Assembly: GCA_041690695.1 (NCBI GenBank)
Contig: JBEPVZ010000002.1
Coordinates: 1,454-65,453 of the forward strand
Reading direction: 5' to 3'
Length of the DNA stretch: 64,000 bases
From: Candidatus Daviesbacteria bacterium
GTDB lineage: Bacteria > Patescibacteriota > Microgenomatia > Daviesbacterales > UBA10151
The translations under genes were made by a program, and so were the position numbers. Below are positions 58,562-64,000 of the stretch, piece by piece. Below the pieces are notes generated by a model. That model made no database searches and was not told the origin of the DNA. It was given only the letters and a program-made list of their open reading frames with translations. Within the stretch, counting starts at the first letter, position 1; every line of letters begins with the position of its first letter.

Positions 58562-59433
58562 AGATATCAATTGTCATCCCAAATTGGAATGGAGCGGACA
58601 GGTTAACCAAAAATTTACCTCAAGTTTTAAAGACCGATGACGTTAATGAAGTTATAGTAGTTGATGATTATTCAACTGATAATTCACTTGAAGTTTTAAA
58701 ACGGGATTTCCCGGAAGTTAAAGTTATTAAAAAAGATAAAAATAGTGGCTTTTCCACAGCCGTTAATTTGGGAGTTAAAAATGCTAATGGCGATTTAGTT
58801 TTTATTTTAAATAGTGATGCGGTTCCGGAAAAAGATTGTTTGAAGTTTGTGATTCCAAATTTTAAAGATCCGAAGGTTTTTAGCGTTGGTTGCAACGTTG
58901 GGGGAACATGGGCCTGGATTAAATTTAAAAATGGCTATTTTTGGCATTATCAGGGCGAAAAATCTGAGAGTACGCATCAAACTTTATGGTCTTCCGGTGG
59001 AAGTGGAGTCTTTAGAAAAGATTTATGGGAAGAATTGGGTGGTTTAGACGAATTATTTAATCCGTTTTATGAAGAAGATACCGATTTAGGGTATCGGGCA
59101 ACTAAACGGGGTTATCTTAATCTTTGGGAGCCAAAAGCCAAAGTTGAGCACTATAAAACTCCTGGGGTAATCTCGACTAACTTTTCCAAAAAAACGATCT
59201 CAAATACTGCTCAGAGAAATCAGCTCTATTTCACCTGGAAAAATCTCCATGACCGAAAATTAATGAAAGAACATATTCGATATCTGATAAATATGTTATT
59301 TACTCATCCAAAATATTGGTTGGTTTTCTTAGCAGCGTTTAAAAACCTGTCGGTCGTTTTAAGAAAAAGAAAGATTGAAAAGGTTAATTTAAAGGTTTCT
59401 GATCGGGAGATTTTAAATAAGGTTTGGGGATAA
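58558..59433 (+). CDS. GT2 family glycosyltransferase (group B)
   Basis: ISIVIPNWNGADRL...VIVVDDYSTDNS...NSGFSTAVNLG...FYEEDTDLGYR. Confidence 0.6.
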   Translation: MKISIVIPNWNGADRLTKNLPQVLKTDDVNEVIVVDDYSTDNSLEVLKRDFPEVKVIKKDKNSGFSTAVNLGVKNANGDLVFILNSDAVPEKDCLKFVIPNFKDPKVFSVGCNVGGTWAWIKFKNGYFWHYQGEKSESTHQTLWSSGGSGVFRKDLWEELGGLDELFNPFYEEDTDLGYRATKRGYLNLWEPKAKVEHYKTPGVISTNFSKKTISNTAQRNQLYFTWKNLHDRKLMKEHIRYLINMLFTHPKYWLVFLAAFKNLSVVLRKRKIEKVNLKVSDREILNKVWG

Positions 59434-59524
59434 TCAGAGGGTAATTAGCCTGACTCTGGTGCGGCTAGAATCAATTATCAGAGGGATTTCTGATATGAGG
59501 CTAGTATTTCAAGAGATTTAACTT

Positions 59525-59860
59525 CTATAAGATTGTAATTAATTTGCATACATTTCGTAGAATAATCTTCCTTTTACTTGATGTTAATTCTCCAGCCTTA
59601 CCACTAAGTATGGACATATCTGCTGTAAACAGCTTATCTGGTCTCACAAAGCTTTTTAAGGGAAGACCTCCTTTTGCAAAATCGGATTGTTCTATACTTA
59701 TCGCTGTTTTACTTGAATAAGATTTTGAGGTGATTTGGCATAAAATCAAATTATCAAATTCAACTTGAGCTAATACTAATGCTGGACGAATTTTCTTCCC
59801 TTTCAGATTAGAAAATGGAAAAGAAACTAAAACAATACTACCTACTGTAAACTTTTCCAT
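59525..59860 (-). CDS. mazF: MazF/PemK-family type II toxin (mRNA interferase)
   Basis: 111 aa. GSIVLVSFPFSN..GKKIRPALVL is the PemK/MazF N-terminal signature. It overlaps the upstream antitoxin gene by 19 bp. Confidence 0.7.
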   Translation of the reverse strand: MEKFTVGSIVLVSFPFSNLKGKKIRPALVLAQVEFDNLILCQITSKSYSSKTAISIEQSDFAKGGLPLKSFVRPDKLFTADMSILSGKAGELTSSKRKIILRNVCKLITIL

Positions 59861-60081
59861 GCCTCGTCCTCTTCTGGCCTATTCCAGTCAGTTCCCAGAG
59901 ATTTCTCGGATAATAGTGAGGTGTTATTTACCATATTCTTTGTTATTTTTGCTTGAATAATTCTGATCTCGCCTTTTTTAACTTCCAATTCAACTTCATT
60001 GTCTAGTCCACTTTCATCAAGCAATAGCTTTGGAATACGAATCCCTCGAGAATTTCCTATAGAAATAATTGTCGTAATCAT
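59842..60081 (-). CDS. mazE: MazE-type antitoxin (SpoVT/AbrB swapped-hairpin domain)
   Basis: IGNSRGIRIPKLLLDESGL..VELEVKKGEIRI is the AbrB/MazE fold motif. The C-terminus DWNRPEEDEAW parallels the acidic Trp-containing tail of E. coli MazE. The start is taken at ATG 60081 (MITTIISIGNS); the track ORF extends to 60120. Confidence 0.65.
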   Translation of the reverse strand: MITTIISIGNSRGIRIPKLLLDESGLDNEVELEVKKGEIRIIQAKITKNMVNNTSLLSEKSLGTDWNRPEEDEAWKSLQ

Positions 60082-60151
60082 ATGTAATAACATTGTAGAT
60101 ACATATAAAGATGATGTCAATATTTAATTTTGGATTAGAAAATTTAAATAT

Positions 60152-60163
60152 CTCAGATCTGAG
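60152..60163 (-). promoter_or_regulatory. perfect 12-bp palindrome CTCAGATCTGAG upstream of mazE (candidate TA operator overlapping the promoter)
   Basis: Lies about 70 bp upstream of the antitoxin start. On the minus strand it is preceded by TTGTCC-17 nt-TATGCT, a -35/-10-like arrangement whose -10 overlaps the palindrome. Confidence 0.4.
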
Positions 60164-60251
60164 CATATGGTTCGCAGTCCGTGCGGACAATATTTGATAT
60201 TAAACGATAGAATAGATTATTAACTCATTTTAAATAGTTAGAAAACTAGTC

Positions 60252-60911
60252 TTGACAAGGAGTCTTTTAAAACTGAAATTTAGTGACTTAGTTGCTATAA
60301 TAATCCTAATGAGCGTCTTTAAGGATCGAAATGGTCGGAGTTTAACGCTAGCTACGGCTTTTCGAAAAATTGGCCGGAGATTTTTTAGCTATATTGAGGA
60401 TATTGAACTTCTACTTATTAACACCTTAAGTTGGGTGCCTTCGCATTTTTTTAGACTAGCTCTGTATGCTGGCTGCGGAGTGACGGTTGGACGCAAGAGC
60501 AGAATTCATATTGGTGCTCGATTTTTTGAGCCAAAAGGCGTCAAGATTGGTTGGGGGACGATTGTTGGAGAATTGGCCTTTTTAGATGGTCGGGGAGGTT
60601 TAAAAATTGGTAATCATGTCGATATCGCCTCTCAAGTTATGATTTATACTTCAGAACATAATATTCATTCCGAAAGTTTTGAACCAATCTGTCAGCGAGT
60701 TGAGATTGGTGATTATGTTTTTATTGGTCCTAGAGTGATTATTTTACCAGGAGTTAAGATTGGAAATGGTGCGGTGGTTGGTGCTGGGGCAGTTGTCACT
60801 AAAGATGTTTCGGAACTCGCGATTGTCGGAGGTGTTCCAGCTCAAGTTATTGGTACTCGTAAAGTTTCTAGTCTTCACTACCGTTTAGGTCGAGCTCGAT
60901 TATTTCAATGA
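60252..60911 (+). CDS. hexapeptide-repeat (LbH) sugar O-acetyltransferase-like protein
   Basis: LbH repeats IHIGARFFEPKGVKIGWGTIVGELAFLDGRGGLKIGNHVDIASQVMIY...IGPRVIILPGVKIGNGAVVGAGAVVTKDV. The track ORF starts at a TTG; the ATG at 60309 (MSVFKDRNG) is an alternative start. Confidence 0.6.
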   Translation: MTRSLLKLKFSDLVAIIILMSVFKDRNGRSLTLATAFRKIGRRFFSYIEDIELLLINTLSWVPSHFFRLALYAGCGVTVGRKSRIHIGARFFEPKGVKIGWGTIVGELAFLDGRGGLKIGNHVDIASQVMIYTSEHNIHSESFEPICQRVEIGDYVFIGPRVIILPGVKIGNGAVVGAGAVVTKDVSELAIVGGVPAQVIGTRKVSSLHYRLGRARLFQ

Positions 60912-61477
60912 TTAAAAAATTTCTAATTGTTATTGTCAGCTTAATTTTTGTTTTAGGAATAGTTTATTTAGTTTTGCCATATCCGTCGTCAATTAATAGT
61001 TTTCCAGGTTTACCTTATTCAACTAAATCGGATCTAGATGGTGATACCTGGCAACATCCCAATATTAGTGCCTATTTTTCTCAGTTAACTCGAGATGAGG
61101 TAACCGCTTTTTATCGCCAGCAACTTCAAAGTCAATTTTGGGTTGGCAAAATAATTTCTCCTTTAACTCAAAATCGACCACCCGAAGAGGCTTATCAATA
61201 TATTCGTGATCAGCAGCAAAGTACATTTCTTGAGGAATATGTCTATCCTTTTAAAGGAGCCTTATTTGTTAATGGCTACGAACCGATTGTCGAAAATGGC
61301 GGGTCAATAGATTTCGTTTCTGACCATATCGAATTTAAAAATCAATATTATATTTCTAAAACCACTCTCCGGTTTTATCCGACTTCTCGAAAGTATTCAA
61401 TTGCCATTTATTTAGGAATTTGGTTAGCCTTGTTTGGTTTATATAAGATGGGTCGAATAATACTCAAGTTGAAATGA
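60908..61477 (+). CDS. hypothetical bitopic membrane protein
   Basis: 189 aa with N- and C-terminal hydrophobic helices and no recognisable motif. 4-bp overlaps on both sides. Confidence 0.4.
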   Translation: MIKKFLIVIVSLIFVLGIVYLVLPYPSSINSFPGLPYSTKSDLDGDTWQHPNISAYFSQLTRDEVTAFYRQQLQSQFWVGKIISPLTQNRPPEEAYQYIRDQQQSTFLEEYVYPFKGALFVNGYEPIVENGGSIDFVSDHIEFKNQYYISKTTLRFYPTSRKYSIAIYLGIWLALFGLYKMGRIILKLK

Positions 61478-62367
61478 AAGTTGCAATTATCATTGTTGAG
61501 TTTAATACCCGAGATATTTTAAAGAACTGTTTAGAATCGATCTATAAATATAAGTGGCAAAACCAGTTTGAAGTTTTAGTAGTCGATAACGCTTCAACTG
61601 ATGATTCAGTCGAAATGGTCAAAAAAAACTTCCCAAAAGTCAAAGTTATTTCAAGTTCAAAAAATTTAGGTTTTGGAGGAGGTAATAATCTTGGATTAAA
61701 GTCTTCAGATGGCGATTATTATTTACTTCTTAATTCGGATACTATTGTTTTAGATAACTCGCTTGATAATTTAGTTGAGTTTGCTAAAACTCACGACTAT
61801 GGTCTTTCGTCTTGTAAACTACTAAATGCTGATAAAACCTTGCAGCCTAACGTCGGTGATTTACCAATTGGACTGGCTTTATTTAACTGGTTATCCGGTT
61901 TAGATGATTTATTGTCTAAATTTGGTTTTAATCTGTCTTCTTTTCATCAAAGATCATCTGCCTTTTATAAAAAGTCCCGCCAAGTTGGTTGGGTCCAGGG
62001 GGCTGCCATGTTAATTAGAAAAGATGTTTTCGAAAAAATTGGCGGGTTGGACGAGGGTATCTTTATGTATGCTGAAGACGTCGAGTACTGTATGAGAGCT
62101 CAAAAAGCTAAATTTAAAATCGGATTTACAAATAAAGCTGAGATTATTCATTTAGGTGGTGCGAGTTCTTCGGACCCTAGTCTAAAACAGTGGTCTGGCG
62201 AATTTATCGGTTTAATCTATATCTACAAAAAATATTTTAGTAGCTTGGCACAACTAATTTTAAAAGTCTTATTGTATATCTTTATTATTATGAGGATAAT
62301 TATCTTCTTAGCCTTAGGCAAATTTAAAATTGCCTCAACCTATGCAAAAATTATATCAACTTTATAA
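61474..62367 (+). CDS. GT2 family glycosyltransferase (group B)
   Basis: VAIIIVEFNTRDIL...VLVVDNASTDDS...NLGFGGGNNLG...MYAEDVEYCMRA. Confidence 0.65.
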   Translation: MKVAIIIVEFNTRDILKNCLESIYKYKWQNQFEVLVVDNASTDDSVEMVKKNFPKVKVISSSKNLGFGGGNNLGLKSSDGDYYLLLNSDTIVLDNSLDNLVEFAKTHDYGLSSCKLLNADKTLQPNVGDLPIGLALFNWLSGLDDLLSKFGFNLSSFHQRSSAFYKKSRQVGWVQGAAMLIRKDVFEKIGGLDEGIFMYAEDVEYCMRAQKAKFKIGFTNKAEIIHLGGASSSDPSLKQWSGEFIGLIYIYKKYFSSLAQLILKVLLYIFIIMRIIIFLALGKFKIASTYAKIISTL

Positions 62368-63778
62368 TAAATACTTTTTTTGGGTGATAGTTGCCTTAAT
62401 GGCTTTTATCCCTCTTTATCCCAAATTGCCATTATTAAATGTCTCAGGGACTTTCGTGGCGATTAGATTAGAAGACTTTTTAATTGCGGCGACATTAATT
62501 ATTTGGGCGATCTTCTCGGTACCGAAGATTAAAACTTATCTTCATCAGCCGATTCTTCAGGCAATGATCTTATTTTGGTTAATTGGGGGTTTAGGAGTTT
62601 TGTCGGGGGTTTTTATTACCAATAGTGTTAACTTTCATTTAGGTTTTTTTAACTGGTTAAGACGGATCGAGTTTATGTCCTTATTTTTAGTCGGAGCCAC
62701 GGTTTTTCGGACACTTAAACAGATCAGAATATTGGTTGGAACGATTGTTCTAACAACAATTTTAGTTAGTCTGTATGGTTTTGGACAGGTCTGGTTACAT
62801 TTCCCTGTCATTTCAACCAGTAACAACGAATATTCCAAAGGCTTAATCTTAACTTTGACTCCGGGGACTCGGGTTAATTCAACGTTTGCTGGTCAATATG
62901 ATTTAGCGATTTATTTAAATATCGCTTTGGCTATTTTAAGTAGTTTATTTTTTTATTATAAAAAGCTTTTTCAAAAAATTGTTGTTTTAGTCGCTTCCGG
63001 GTTGGGATTTGTGTTGTTAACAATGACGACCGCCCGAATGTCTTTTGCCGCAACCATGACTAGTGTGGCCCTAGCCTTTTGGCTAACCGGTAAAAAGCTC
63101 TTAATTGGCTTATTAATTTTAGGCGGGATAGCGGCCTTAATTATCAGTCCAGATTTAAGGCATCGGATTGTGGCAACAGTAACGGTTAATCTGTTAAACG
63201 GTGGTGGCCCGAAATATAATCCGCCTGCGGGAACTGTTAATATCTTTACCCCAATTCAAAAGATTCCACCGGCTGAGCGCAATCAATACTTAGCTCAAGC
63301 TTTAAAAGAATCGACTTTATCAGCTAGTCAATCATCAAAGATTCCACGAGATATTAGTGCCGGTGAACCGATTAATTCAACTGAGCTTGGGGTTTATCGC
63401 TCACTCGGTATTCGAACGAATGTTGAATGGCCGAGAGCCATTCGGGCTTTTAAAGAAAATCCATTGTTGGGTACTGGATACTCATCAATTACCTTAGCTA
63501 CTGATAATGATATTTTAAGATCTTTAGGTGAAACTGGATTACTTGGAACACTCAGTCTAATCTTTGTGTTTGCGATTTTAATTAAAGGGATGTGGAGGTT
63601 TATAAGACTTGGTCGTGGGCTTAAAAAACTGTTTACAATTGGAGTCTTTACTGGATTTATTGGTTTACTTATGACCAGTACTTTTATTGATGTTTTTGAA
63701 GCTTCAAAAATTGCTGAAGTATTTTGGTTAATATTAGGTGTAAACTGGGCTTTAATAACTCAAGCTGAAGATGATTAA
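62330..63778 (+). CDS. O-antigen ligase/polymerase-family membrane protein (Wzy_C-like)
   Basis: About 11 TMs. The periplasmic-loop block LLTMTTARMSF resembles the Wzy_C (T/S)QSRG motif with its conserved Arg. The downstream DNDILRSLGETGLLG resembles the HN..L..L.E.G..G block, with Asp in the His position. Start uncertain (62330 or 62342). Confidence 0.5.
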   Translation: MPQPMQKLYQLYNKYFFWVIVALMAFIPLYPKLPLLNVSGTFVAIRLEDFLIAATLIIWAIFSVPKIKTYLHQPILQAMILFWLIGGLGVLSGVFITNSVNFHLGFFNWLRRIEFMSLFLVGATVFRTLKQIRILVGTIVLTTILVSLYGFGQVWLHFPVISTSNNEYSKGLILTLTPGTRVNSTFAGQYDLAIYLNIALAILSSLFFYYKKLFQKIVVLVASGLGFVLLTMTTARMSFAATMTSVALAFWLTGKKLLIGLLILGGIAALIISPDLRHRIVATVTVNLLNGGGPKYNPPAGTVNIFTPIQKIPPAERNQYLAQALKESTLSASQSSKIPRDISAGEPINSTELGVYRSLGIRTNVEWPRAIRAFKENPLLGTGYSSITLATDNDILRSLGETGLLGTLSLIFVFAILIKGMWRFIRLGRGLKKLFTIGVFTGFIGLLMTSTFIDVFEASKIAEVFWLILGVNWALITQAEDD

Positions 63779-64000
63779 AAAGATACTTTTAGTTTTAATT
63801 ATTGTGCTGGCTTTCGTTGTCAGACAATACAAGATTGATAATGCCATTGCTGATTGGCATTCTTGGCGCCAAGCCGATACTGCGGCCGTAGCACGAAACT
63901 TTTATAAAGAAGGTTTCAATCCATTTCTTCCAAAATATGATGATATGTCGAGAGTTTCTGAGACCTCGCTTCCTAACCCCAATCGTTATCGATTTGTGGA
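63771..64000 (+). CDS. GT-C glycosyltransferase, ArnT-like; N-terminal fragment, gene runs past the window end
   Basis: MIKKILLVLIIVLAFVVRQYKIDNAIADWHSWRQADTAAVARNF. SWRQADTA is a recurrent first-loop motif of ArnT/PMT_2-type enzymes. 8-bp overlap with the upstream gene. Confidence 0.5.
   Translation, partial: MIKKILLVLIIVLAFVVRQYKIDNAIADWHSWRQADTAAVARNFYKEGFNPFLPKYDDMSRVSETSLPNPNRYRFV

Noticed and set aside
59433-59494. 9-bp direct repeat ATCAGAGGG (two copies) and a weak hairpin ATCAGA-GGGATT-TCTGAT in the convergent region between the GT2 operon and the toxin gene
   Set aside because: The stems are short and AT-rich with no U-tract, so this is not a convincing intrinsic terminator, attenuator or known repeat family. 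It is most likely chance.
60252-60263. TTGACAAGGAG (perfect -35 hexamer plus Shine-Dalgarno-like AAGGAG) at the annotated TTG start of the LbH acetyltransferase
   Set aside because: No -10 lies at a workable spacing (about 38 nt to the TGcTATAAT at about 60292), and no start codon follows the SD-like sequence at 5-10 nt. It may be a coincidental match. The extended -10 TGcTATAAT nearer the ATG at 60309 is a better but unverified promoter candidate.
1-64000. Searched for CRISPR arrays, tRNA or rRNA genes, IS elements, transposases, integrases and phage genes
   Set aside because: I found no direct-repeat/spacer periodicity, no tRNA-like cloverleaf candidates in the very small intergenic spaces, and no transposase or integrase motifs. 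The window is essentially all glycan-pathway CDS plus one toxin-antitoxin pair.

Overview
The window is AT-rich (roughly one-third GC by eye) and more than 95% coding. About 58 tightly packed genes sit almost entirely on the + strand, in long operons with 4-bp ATGA start/stop overlaps. Almost every gene belongs to one theme: assembly and modification of a cell-envelope glycan. I count about 13 GT2 glycosyltransferases in at least three paralog groups, 7 GT4 glycosyltransferases with the E-x7-E motif, and 3 polyprenyl-phosphate sugar synthases (DPM1/GtrB/ArnC-like). There are about 18 polytopic GT-C-type membrane proteins. These include a tandem four-copy PMT/ArnT-like family, two very large YfhO-like proteins, a PIG-V-like protein, and several ArnT-like proteins. 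The locus also carries two Wzx-like flippases, a Wzy_C/O-antigen-ligase-like protein, four SAM methyltransferases, two hexapeptide acetyltransferases (one of the XAT/Vat-CatB class), a CE4 deacetylase and an FAD oxidoreductase. I found no nucleotide-sugar biosynthesis genes, no initiating phosphoglycosyltransferase, no chain-length regulator, no transcription factor, and no rRNA, tRNA, CRISPR array or transposase. The only non-glycan element is a minus-strand MazE/MazF-type toxin-antitoxin pair (59525..60081), with a perfect 12-bp palindrome in its promoter region. Gene content and genome style fit a small-genome, AT-rich bacterium such as a CPR/Microgenomates-type organism, but that is inference. 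The most interesting signal is the repeated co-occurrence of lipid-monosaccharide synthases, GT-C enzymes and a small GtrA-like 4-TM protein. Together these suggest several Gtr/YfhO-type extracytoplasmic glycosylation modules layered on a Wzx/Wzy-type pathway. Every family call rests on motif recognition by eye and needs HMM or structure confirmation.
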